From an uncultured Candidatus Rokubacteria bacterium (lineage in GTDB: Bacteria; Methylomirabilota; Methylomirabilia; Rokubacteriales; CSP1-6): a stretch of DNA of 64,000 nucleotides. Location: contig CAVYTA010000004.1 of assembly GCA_963771355.1 (NCBI GenBank), forward strand, positions 96,001 through 160,000, written 5' to 3'. This document shows positions 18,410 through 26,966 of this stretch, one piece after another. Below the pieces are notes generated by a model. That model did not search any database. It was not told the origin of the DNA and saw nothing but the letters and a program-made list of their open reading frames with translations. How positions within the stretch are numbered: the first letter of the stretch is position 1; each line of letters opens with the position of its first letter. Both the position numbers and the translations under genes were made by a program.

Positions 18410-20422
18410 TCAGCGGACCCGTGCCCCCCGGCGTGAGGAGACCGGGGGCGACACCGCCACATTGTTCGTCTCGTTCCGCTCCGCCACGTCGTTGAAGAAG
18501 TCGACGACGGCGATGACGACGAGCCCGGCCGCGTCGATCCCCTCGGGCAGCCGCAGATTCAGCCGGACGAGCTCCTCCCCGCCCAGCTCGAGCGTCTTGA
18601 CGCTCTCGTAGCCGAGGAACGTGTCGCCCTCGTCGAGGGTGTCGTCCTCGGACAGGTAGAAGGCGACTGTCGAGGGCACGGCGGTGGTCTCGAGGCCCGG
18701 ATTGAAGGCCCGGAGCGCGCCGACGAGCCAGCACTGGGGCCGATGGGCCGAGGCATTGCAGTGCTGCTCGACGTCGAGCCATTCGCCGGAGACGCCGGCG
18801 ACGCCGGTGTTGACCGTCTCGCAGCCGACGAAGGTGTCGGCGGGGTCGAAGAGGAAGCCCAGGTTGCTGCCCGTGCACACGTCGGTGCCGCCGCCACCAC
18901 TGAGCGTGTCCTGCCCGGTCCCGGCGATCAGCGTGTCGTTGCCGTCGCCGCCGAGCAAGGTGTCGTTGCCGTCACCGCCGCAGATGGTGTCGTTCCCGGC
19001 GCGGCCGTCGATGAAGTCGTTGCCGCCCAGGCCGTGGATCACGTCGTCCCTGAGAGTGCCCGTGATGGAGTCGGGGCCATTCGTGCCCACGATGGTCACG
19101 TTGAGGCCGTTGCACACGAAGGCGTGGTAGCGGGCCAGCGCGATCCGGCCGCCCGCGGAGCCGGCCGCGACGATGCGCCCGTCGCTCCGCTGGATGGCGA
19201 CCGCCTTGCCGAAGTCGTTCTGGGTCGCGTTGAAGTCGGTGATGAGCCGGCCGTCGCCGCTGAAGGTCGTGTCGAGCGAGCCATTCACGTTGAGCCGCGC
19301 CACGGCGATGTTGATGTTCGACGTCGCTCCCACCGTTTGGTTCACGTGACCGGCGACCACGATCTTGCCGTCGGGCTGGATCGCGACCGCCGAGGCGAAG
19401 GAGTCGGGGCCGAAGTCGATGGTGCGCAGGCCGTTGGTGCCGAAGCTCGCGTCCATGGTGCCGTCGGCGTTGTAGCGGGCGATCGCCATGCCGTTGTCGG
19501 TGGTGATGGGGATGCCGCCGCCGCCGGTCGTGACCTGGATGTCTCCCACGAGCAGGATCTTGCCGTCGGCCTGCACGGCCAGGGCCTTCACCGTCACGTC
19601 GGTTCCCCCGCCGCCGAAGAGCGTGTGGTCCGCGCCGTTGACGGTGTCCGACGTCTGGCCGATGTTCTGCGGAAACCCGCCGTTGATGTAGTCCCACGAG
19701 AACGCTCTCCGCCCCAGGAAGATCCGGGTGCCCGCGACCAGGATCCGACCGTCGGGGACGATCGCGACGGCGACGGCCGCTTCGGTGCCGCCGAAGTTCT
19801 TGGCGATGATGCCGGTGGAGGGCTGGGGGCCGAACGTCGTATCGAGCGCGCCACTGGCGTCGAGGCGGGCGATCGCCCAGTCGCTGCCCGTGCCCCCCAC
19901 GATGACGATCCGACCGTCCGCCTGGATCGCGACGCTCTGGGCGGCGCCGCCGTTCGGATTGGAGAACTCCAGCGTGCGGACGCCGCTGTCGCCGAAGGTC
20001 CCGTCCAGCGTGCCGTTGGTGTTGTAGCGTGCCATCCCCACGCGGCCATTGGACTCTGCCCCCGCGCGCCCCGCGACCAGGATCCTGCCATCGCTCTGGA
20101 TGGCGACGGCCCTCGCGTCGGCGACCGAGAGGCCGCCGAAGTCGGTCAGGACGATGCCGGTGCCGCCGAACGTGGAGTCGAGCGTGCCATTTCGGTTGTA
20201 CCGCAGGACGGCGAAATCGCCCGCGGACTGTCCTACCACGACGATCTTGCCGTCGGCCTGGATGGCGATCGCGCTGACCGTTCCCGTCGGCAGGCCGGTC
20301 TCGACGTGGCGGCCGTCGCCGCTGAAGGTCGTATCCAGGTCGCCCGGCGCCGCGTGCGCCACCGCCACTACCGCCAGCACCATCAGCAACGACGCGAGCA
20401 GTCTCATCTTCGTCCTCCTCAT
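18410..20422 (-). CDS. Secreted delta-60-repeat beta-propeller protein with RTX-like Ca-binding repeats and a CARDB-like C-terminus
   Basis: Signal peptide; about 7 repeats of GxLDxTFGxxG..AIQxDGKIVVAG; GGxGND nonapeptides; VAERNETNN. Confidence 0.88.
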   Translation of the reverse strand: MRRTKMRLLASLLMVLAVVAVAHAAPGDLDTTFSGDGRHVETGLPTGTVSAIAIQADGKIVVVGQSAGDFAVLRYNRNGTLDSTFGGTGIVLTDFGGLSVADARAVAIQSDGRILVAGRAGAESNGRVGMARYNTNGTLDGTFGDSGVRTLEFSNPNGGAAQSVAIQADGRIVIVGGTGSDWAIARLDASGALDTTFGPQPSTGIIAKNFGGTEAAVAVAIVPDGRILVAGTRIFLGRRAFSWDYINGGFPQNIGQTSDTVNGADHTLFGGGGTDVTVKALAVQADGKILLVGDIQVTTGGGGIPITTDNGMAIARYNADGTMDASFGTNGLRTIDFGPDSFASAVAIQPDGKIVVAGHVNQTVGATSNINIAVARLNVNGSLDTTFSGDGRLITDFNATQNDFGKAVAIQRSDGRIVAAGSAGGRIALARYHAFVCNGLNVTIVGTNGPDSITGTLRDDVIHGLGGNDFIDGRAGNDTICGGDGNDTLLGGDGNDTLIAGTGQDTLSGGGGTDVCTGSNLGFLFDPADTFVGCETVNTGVAGVSGEWLDVEQHCNASAHRPQCWLVGALRAFNPGLETTAVPSTVAFYLSEDDTLDEGDTFLGYESVKTLELGGEELVRLNLRLPEGIDAAGLVVIAVVDFFNDVAERNETNNVAVSPPVSSRRGARVR

Positions 20423-20622
20423 GGGATGGAATCCGGCCCCTCGATATGGTCGCGGCGGGCTCCGAGCATCCGTGCGATCAGGGGACCGATCGCCGCGGCC
20501 TCGTGAAAACGTTCCTTCTCGCCGGTCCGGACGCGTTCGATGACGCCGACCAGGCCGCCGGTCTCGTCGGGAACGACCCGCACCAAGAAGGCCACCGGGG
20601 CCCAGCCTGTCCGCTCGTTCAT
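20419..20622 (-). CDS. Small hypothetical protein (67 aa)
   Basis: ATGA stop/start overlap with the downstream gene; compact beta-beta-alpha-like pattern (FLVRV..GVIERVRTGEKERF). Confidence 0.72.
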   Translation of the reverse strand: MNERTGWAPVAFLVRVVPDETGGLVGVIERVRTGEKERFHEAAAIGPLIARMLGARRDHIEGPDSIP

Positions 20623-20646
20623 GCCGCAGGTGTACGCCGGTGGGCG

Positions 20647-20665
20647 TCACAGGAACATCACAGGA
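20647..20665 (-). promoter_or_regulatory. Putative SARP operator: TCACAGGA direct repeat with 11-bp period
   Basis: Copies at 20647-20654 and 20658-20665 in the divergent intergenic region. Confidence 0.6.
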
Positions 20666-20737
20666 TCCGACTCCGGCCCACGGGCCCTGTGGAACGCTAT
20701 GCTAGAGTTCGGTCCGGCCGGTCACGCCGCCCGCTCC

Positions 20738-23700
20738 ATGACCCGACTCCACCTGGCTCTTCTCGGCAGCTTCGACGCTCGCCTCGACCCCGGCGGCCGC
20801 CTGACCCTCGCCCGGCAGAAGGTCGCGGCGCTGCTCGCCTTCCTCGCCTCGACCCCCGGCCGGCTACACCGACGGGACACGCTGGCGGCCTTGCTCTGGG
20901 CCGACGCGCCGGGCCCACGGGCCCGGCAGAGCCTCCGCACGGCGCTGGCGGAGCTCCGCCTCGCGCTGGCGCCGGTCTCCTCGTGCCTGATCGAGCGCGG
21001 CGATGCCGTCGGCCTCGACTCCGACGCCGTGGACGTGGACGTGGCCAGGTTCGAGGCCCTGCTCGCGAACGGTGGGCCGGCAGCGCTCGAGCAGGCGGCG
21101 GGGATCTACCGTGGCGAGCTCCTCGAAGGCCTCCGCGTGGCCGAGGCGCCCTTCGAGGAATGGCTCATGGCCGAGCGGGAGCGGCTGCGCGAGCTGGCTC
21201 TGGAGGCGCTGGCCCGGATCCTCGCCGGCCACATCAGAGCCGATGCCCTCGCTCAGGCCGTGCAGACGGCGCTCAGACTGGTCGCTCTCGACCCGCTGCA
21301 GGAGACCGTGCATCGCACGCTGATGCGTCTGTACCTCCGGCTGGGCCGCCGGGGCGCCGGCCTCCGGCAGTACCAGGCTTGCCTGGACGCGCTACGCCGG
21401 GAGCTGGGGGCCGAGCCCGAAGCCGAGACCCGAGCGCTCTATCTCGAGCTCCTCCAGTCGGCGAGCAGCCCGGCGCCGCCCGAGGCCGCGATGGCGTCGC
21501 CCGGCCTCGCGGAGGCGCCCGCGGTGTATCCCGCACCGCTAGTCGGCCGTGCCAGCGACCTGGCACGGCTCGGGCAAGCTTACGAGGCAGCGCGACGGGG
21601 AGGCCCGCCGGTGCTGGCCCTGATCGGTGAGGCCGGGATCGGGAAGACGCGCCTCCTCGACGAGCTCGTCGCCACCCTGTCCCCGCAGGATGCGCGCGTG
21701 GTCGTCGGCCGCGCGTACGAGACGGAGTCCCAGCTGCCGTTCGGCGTCTGGATCCACACGCTCCGGGAGCGAGGCGTGCTCTCCGACATCCGGCGGCATG
21801 TCGAGCGGCATCGGACGCGCCTCGGCGAGCTGGCGCGCCTGCTCCCCGAGCTGGCGAGCCTCGAGGCGGAGCCGGCGGGCGTCACCACCGACCCCGGTCG
21901 GCTGTTCGAAGCCTTGAGCGAGGTCGTGAGGGAGCTCGCACGGTCCGGGCTGCTGCTCGTGCTGGAGGATCTGCACTGGGCCGACGACTCGAGCCTCCGC
22001 TTCCTGGCGTTCCTCGCTCGACGCGTGGAGGGCGCCTCGGTGGCGATCGTCGTGTCCGCCCGCGAGGAGGAGCTGGCCGGATCGCCGCTGCTCCAGCAGG
22101 TGCTGGCCGAGCTCGAGCGCGAGGGACGCGGCGTGAAGATACGGCTGACGCCCCTGTCGCACGAGGCCACGGTGGCGCTGGTCCGGGCCCTGGCGCGAGC
22201 GGGCACGGACCCGGCGAGCCTCGAGCGCCTGGGCGAGGAGATGTGGCGGGTCAGCGAAGGGTACCCGTTCATGGTGGTCGAGTCGATGCGCGCCCTCGCC
22301 GAAGGCGGCACCACGGCGGCGGTGGCGGGCCTGCCGCTGCCCGAGCGCGTGCGCGACACCATCGTCGGCCGGCTGGAGCGTCTCCCCGAGCGCGCCCGGC
22401 GCCTCATGAGCGTGGCCGCCGCCGTCGGGCAGGAGTTCGAGTTCCGTGTGCTGCAGCATGCGGGCGGGCTCGAGGCCACCGAAGCCGCCGAGGCGGTGGA
22501 GGAGCTGGTCGCGCGGCGAATCCTGCACGCCGTCGGCGAGCGGCTGGACTTCACCCACGATTGGATCCGCCGGGCCGCTCACGACCGCGTGATTTCGCCG
22601 GCGCGCCCGGCCCTGCACGACGCGATCGGCCGGGCGCTCGAGACGCTCTACGCCGACCGGCTGGACGAGGTCGCCGACCGGCTCGCCCACCACTACGCGC
22701 AGGCCGGCGATGCGCCCAAGGCCGTTCGGTACCTGCGCCGCCTTGCGGACGCCGCGGGCCGGCGCTACGCCATCGCGGACGCCATCCGGATCCTGCGCCA
22801 GGCGCTCGAGCACGTGGCCCGCCTGCCCGTCGCGGACCGTGCGCGCGACGGCATCGGTGTGAGCCTGGAGCTGGCCGTCGCCCTGTCGATCGTGGGTAGG
22901 TTCGGCGAGATCATGGACGTGCTGGAACCCCTCCACGACGTCGTGGGCCGTCTCGCCGAGCCACGGGTCGCCGGGCCGTACTTCGCGCGCATGGCCCTGA
23001 CCCGGAGCCTGCTCGGCGACCACGCGCGCAGCGAGGAAGCGGCGCGCCGGGCGCAAGCGGAGGCTGAGCGGTGCGGCGATCGCGCCACGCTCGGCATGGC
23101 GCACTATGTGCTCGCCGTCGAGGGATTCACGACCGGCGACGCCATCGGCGGGCTGGCGCACGCGCGAGAGGCGGTCGCGCGGATGGAGCAGGCCGGTGAT
23201 CGGGCGTGGCTCGCCCAGGCCTGCTGGATCTCCGGATTCCTGCAGTACCAGCTCGGAGAGTTCGACGCCGCCATCGAGTCGGAGATGCGGATGGCCGCGA
23301 TCGCCGAGTCGCTGGGCGACCAGGGGCGACAAGCCACCGCGCTATGGACGTGCGCGCTGTGCCACGTCGGTCGCGGCGACGTCGTGGCCGCCGAGGAAAC
23401 GGCGCGCCGGGCACTGGACCTCTCCCCGGATCCCTCCAACCGGGCGACGGCCGAGGCCCTGCTGGCGATGGCGGTGGCCGAGGCGGGCGACGCGGAACGG
23501 GCTATCCCCCTCCTGGAGGAGGCGGAGCGGCAGCACGAGCCATTCCGGCTGCGCCAGGCCGGCGTGACGGTTTCCCTCGCGGCGGCCTACCGGGAGGCCG
23601 GCCGGATCGCCGAGGCACGGGACGCCGCCCTCCGAGCCCTCGAGGTCAGCCGGCTGACCTCGTTCGCCTGGGCGCGGGCGGCCGCGGAGCGCGAGCTCGG

Positions 23701-23989
23701 TCGCGTCGCCATGGTCCTTCAGGATGAGACCGCCGCTCGCAATCATCTCCACGCCGCGCTCGAGCTGTTCCGGGCGATTCCGGCGCGCTTCGAGATGGGT
23801 CGGACGCATCTGGACCTGGCCCGGCTGCCGGAGGCGCACGACGCCGCGGTGGGAAGGCGACGGCATCTCGGCGAGGCGCTGCGCGCGTTCCAGGCGGCCC
23901 GGGCGCCCCGGTACCTCGACCGGGCGGAGCGCCTGGCGATGGATCTGAGGGTCGCCGACCTGACCGGCGACGACGCTTCTCGATCCTGA
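20738..23989 (+). CDS. SARP/BTAD transcriptional activator with AAA (STAND) ATPase and TPR domains
   Basis: wHTH (LAALLWAD..SLRTAL), BTAD (FEEWL..ERERL, DPLQETVH), GEAGIGKT, LEDLHWAD, F.HD, TPR-like C-terminus. Confidence 0.92.
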   Translation: MTRLHLALLGSFDARLDPGGRLTLARQKVAALLAFLASTPGRLHRRDTLAALLWADAPGPRARQSLRTALAELRLALAPVSSCLIERGDAVGLDSDAVDVDVARFEALLANGGPAALEQAAGIYRGELLEGLRVAEAPFEEWLMAERERLRELALEALARILAGHIRADALAQAVQTALRLVALDPLQETVHRTLMRLYLRLGRRGAGLRQYQACLDALRRELGAEPEAETRALYLELLQSASSPAPPEAAMASPGLAEAPAVYPAPLVGRASDLARLGQAYEAARRGGPPVLALIGEAGIGKTRLLDELVATLSPQDARVVVGRAYETESQLPFGVWIHTLRERGVLSDIRRHVERHRTRLGELARLLPELASLEAEPAGVTTDPGRLFEALSEVVRELARSGLLLVLEDLHWADDSSLRFLAFLARRVEGASVAIVVSAREEELAGSPLLQQVLAELEREGRGVKIRLTPLSHEATVALVRALARAGTDPASLERLGEEMWRVSEGYPFMVVESMRALAEGGTTAAVAGLPLPERVRDTIVGRLERLPERARRLMSVAAAVGQEFEFRVLQHAGGLEATEAAEAVEELVARRILHAVGERLDFTHDWIRRAAHDRVISPARPALHDAIGRALETLYADRLDEVADRLAHHYAQAGDAPKAVRYLRRLADAAGRRYAIADAIRILRQALEHVARLPVADRARDGIGVSLELAVALSIVGRFGEIMDVLEPLHDVVGRLAEPRVAGPYFARMALTRSLLGDHARSEEAARRAQAEAERCGDRATLGMAHYVLAVEGFTTGDAIGGLAHAREAVARMEQAGDRAWLAQACWISGFLQYQLGEFDAAIESEMRMAAIAESLGDQGRQATALWTCALCHVGRGDVVAAEETARRALDLSPDPSNRATAEALLAMAVAEAGDAERAIPLLEEAERQHEPFRLRQAGVTVSLAAAYREAGRIAEARDAALRALEVSRLTSFAWARAAAERELGRVAMVLQDETAARNHLHAALELFRAIPARFEMGRTHLDLARLPEAHDAAVGRRRHLGEALRAFQAARAPRYLDRAERLAMDLRVADLTGDDASRS

Positions 23990-24148
23990 CGCCGAGTCAA
24001 ACGGCCAAGGGTCATGACCCGAGAAGAGCTGGCCCCCAACTGAGACGAACCCCCCAATCGAGACAAATGCACCCACTCGCGGCCAACGCCGCTAGGGTTC
24101 ATCCGAGAGCGCCCCCGCACGTCGAACCCTGACGCTGCACGGTTGACC

Positions 24149-24268
24149 CAGAAGGACGTCGCCGAGCGGATCCTGTAATCGAAGGCCGACCTCGAAGGCG
24201 ACCGCAAGCACGTGACCGTCCTCTTCGCGGTCATGCAGGCCTTGCTGGAGCTGTTGGCCGCCTTTTAG
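24149..24268 (+). pseudogene. Remnant of a class III adenylate/guanylate cyclase gene
   Basis: Translates QKDVAERIL*SKADLEGDRKHVTVLFAVMQALLELLAAF*, resembling the E.RxxVTVLFAD cyclase start; internal TAA at 24176. Confidence 0.65.
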
Positions 24269-24385
24269 GTAGATGACCTTGATGACGCGCAGGTGGAGTG
24301 TGCCGCCAGGGACCAGGCGGTGGCACGGCTCGCGCTGAAGGATGACCGTCCGCTTCGCCGGGACCGTCGCGGCGGGACGGTGCGG

Positions 24386-25270
24386 TCAGCCCGCGCGCCG
24401 CAACCGCTCGATCCGCTCCTCGATGGGCGGATGGGTCATGAATAGCCGCATCAGCCCTCGCCGCGTCACGCCCGAGATACCGAAGGCCGCCATCTGGTCG
24501 GGCAGCGGCTCTCGACCATAACTCGCCCGCAAGCGCTCGAGCGCCCCGATCATCCGCTCGCGACCCGCCAGGCGCGCGCCGCCCGCATCGGCCCGGAACT
24601 CGCGCCGGCGCGAGAACCAGAACACGATCAGGCTCGCCAGGATGCCGATGACGAGCTCGGCGATGATGGTGGTGATCCAGAATGCCGGCCCGTGCCCCCG
24701 CTCCGTCTTGAACACGACGCGGTCCACGATGTGGCCGAGGACGCGGGAGAGGAAGATCACGAAGGTGTTCACGACGCCCTGGATCAGGGCCAGCGTGATC
24801 ATGTCGCCGTTGGCGACGTGGCTCACCTCGTGGCCCAGCACGGCCTCGACCTCCTCGCGCCGCATGCGCTGGAGAAGCCCCGTGCTCACGGCCACCAAAG
24901 CGTTGTTACGGCGGGCGCCCGTGGCGAAGGCGTTGGGATCCGGCGAGTCGAACACCGCCACCTGGGGCATCCCGATCCCGGCGGCCTGCGCTTGGCGGCG
25001 GACCGTCTCCACGAGCCACTCCTCCGTGGGGTTCGACGGCCGCTCGATGACCTGGGCGCCGGTGAAGCGCTTGGCCGTCCACTTGGAGAGGGCCAGCGAG
25101 ATGAACGAGCCGCCCATGCCGAAGACGGCCGCGAAGACCAGCAACGCCTTGAGGTCGAGGTCCACGCCCTGGGCGTCCAGGATGCGCTCCACGCCGAGGA
25201 GCCGGAGGGTGATGCTCAGCACGACGATAATGGCCAGGTTCGTTGCCAGGAACAGCATGACGCGCTTCAC
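24386..25270 (-). CDS. htpX: Protease HtpX (M48)
   Basis: [40 protein letters not shown]. Confidence 0.96.
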   Translation of the reverse strand: MKRVMLFLATNLAIIVVLSITLRLLGVERILDAQGVDLDLKALLVFAAVFGMGGSFISLALSKWTAKRFTGAQVIERPSNPTEEWLVETVRRQAQAAGIGMPQVAVFDSPDPNAFATGARRNNALVAVSTGLLQRMRREEVEAVLGHEVSHVANGDMITLALIQGVVNTFVIFLSRVLGHIVDRVVFKTERGHGPAFWITTIIAELVIGILASLIVFWFSRRREFRADAGGARLAGRERMIGALERLRASYGREPLPDQMAAFGISGVTRRGLMRLFMTHPPIEERIERLRRAG

Positions 25271-25643
25271 GGGTAGTTACCTCCTCCAGGGTTCAGGCGG
25301 CGATCCGGACCCGAGCGGGTCGGGCCTCGTCTGAGCAGAACTGGCGCATTTTACACTAGGGGCCAGTCCATGACTTGGACGTGCTCGGCAGGGTAACTGT
25401 CCGGTGCCCCCCTTCACGCCCGTGGGGACCAGGAGGCTCGCCTAACGCCACCGAATCGCGCTAATGATGGCTATGCACTTCGAACCCCTCACGCGCCCCG
25501 TCAGGCCGATCCCGGCTGGGGCGCCGCCTGCCCCGTCAGGCCGGCCCCGACCCGCCGGATCCGTATTTCCCCGCAAGTTTGAGTCCGCGGGGAACGGTCG
25601 CAGCCCCTCGCGCGTCTCAGTGAATGAGGAAGGCTCTAACGAT

Positions 25644-26027
25644 ATGATGGTGACCCGGCGCTCGCTCTTGACGCTTCTCCTGGCTCCGCTCGGGCTAGGG
25701 CCCCTGGCCGGGCTGGCGGAGGCCCAGAGCATCACTCCGAGCAACGCCTCCAACTACTTCCGCGTCGAGTCTCAGAGCGGCCCCGGCCGGGACGGGCAGC
25801 CCACCGTGTGGGGCTACATCCACAACGAGCGAGGCCTGGGCAATGCGCGCGTGCGAATCCTGGTGGAGACGCTCGACGCGTCTGGCAAGTCCATCGCCCA
25901 GGAAATCGACTACGTAGACAACGAGGTTACCCTCTTCGGCCGCCGCTACTTCGAGGTGCGCCCGAAGACGCCGGGCGCGAGCTATCGGGTCACCGTCCAC
26001 TCGGGCGACTGGACCCGTAGCACCTAG
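25644..26027 (+). CDS. Exported FxLYD-like protein, paralog 1
   Basis: TRRSLL signal; FRV..VWGY..ETLDA.G..YFEVRP..YRVTV shared with its neighbours. Confidence 0.75.
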   Translation: MMVTRRSLLTLLLAPLGLGPLAGLAEAQSITPSNASNYFRVESQSGPGRDGQPTVWGYIHNERGLGNARVRILVETLDASGKSIAQEIDYVDNEVTLFGRRYFEVRPKTPGASYRVTVHSGDWTRST

Positions 26028-26043
26028 TCCCGAGTCGGATCGC

Positions 26044-26436
26044 ATGAGCCCCGTCACCCGCCGAACCATCCTGGGCTTGTTCCCGATCGCGCTCCTCGCG
26101 GGCTGGGCCAGCCCCGCTCACGCCCAGAGTGTCACTGCCGAGACCGCCCCGAAGTTCTTCCGTGTCGAATCCCAGCCCGGCATGGACGGTAAGGGTCGCC
26201 CCATCGTCTGGGGCTATGTCTATCTCCACTCGAAGGGCCAGGGTAGCGCCCGCGTTCGCCTCCTGCTCGAGACCCTCGATGCCGCGGGCATGCCCATCGC
26301 CCGGGAGATCGTCTACGTGGACAGCGAGGTGCCTCTCTACAACCGCGCCTACTTCGAGGTGCGGCCCGGCACGGTCGGCCCGGCCTACCGCGTGACCGTG
26401 TACTCCGCCGACTGGGGCAAGATGGGAGGTCTCTAG
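26044..26436 (+). CDS. Exported FxLYD-like protein, paralog 2
   Basis: TRRTIL signal, AHA cleavage site; same motifs. Confidence 0.8.
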   Translation: MSPVTRRTILGLFPIALLAGWASPAHAQSVTAETAPKFFRVESQPGMDGKGRPIVWGYVYLHSKGQGSARVRLLLETLDAAGMPIAREIVYVDSEVPLYNRAYFEVRPGTVGPAYRVTVYSADWGKMGGL

Positions 26437-26439
26437 GCG

Positions 26440-26814
26440 ATGACGCGCCGAGCACTTCTGGGGGCCCTGGCCGCGCTGCTCGCCGCCGGCTGCGCTCCCG
26501 TCGAGCCGCCGACCCAGACCGGCCCGACCACCGTCACCGCCGATCGGTACTTTCGCGTGGACGCGACGCCGGGCACGGATCGGAAGGGGCGGCCCATTGT
26601 CTGGGGGTATGTCCATGGCGGGGGCCGCGGCCGCCCCCGTCTGCTCATGGAGACTCTCGACGCCGCGGGCAAGCCGATCGCACAGCAGGTCGTCTTCGTG
26701 GACCAGGACTTCGCTGGCGGCCGCGTCTACTACGAGGCGCGCCCCCAGACGCCGGGCGCTGCCTACCGCGTGACGGTGCAGGACGTCATTTCGAATTTCA
26801 ACGGCGCGCCGTAG
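26440..26814 (+). CDS. FxLYD-like lipoprotein, paralog 3
   Basis: TRRALL, lipobox LAAGC; same motifs. Confidence 0.8.
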   Translation: MTRRALLGALAALLAAGCAPVEPPTQTGPTTVTADRYFRVDATPGTDRKGRPIVWGYVHGGGRGRPRLLMETLDAAGKPIAQQVVFVDQDFAGGRVYYEARPQTPGAAYRVTVQDVISNFNGAP

Positions 26815-26966
26815 CTATCCGCCTCATCGCTCGCACAGGGCCTCGTGGGCCCACCTCGCTCGGCAAAACGCTGCCTCACGGGCCTGAGACCCTCGCCCCT
26901 TGCGGCGCGTTGCGACCACGCGCGTTGCGTGAAAGAATGCCGGCCACAGACCCTGCGGAGGGATCC

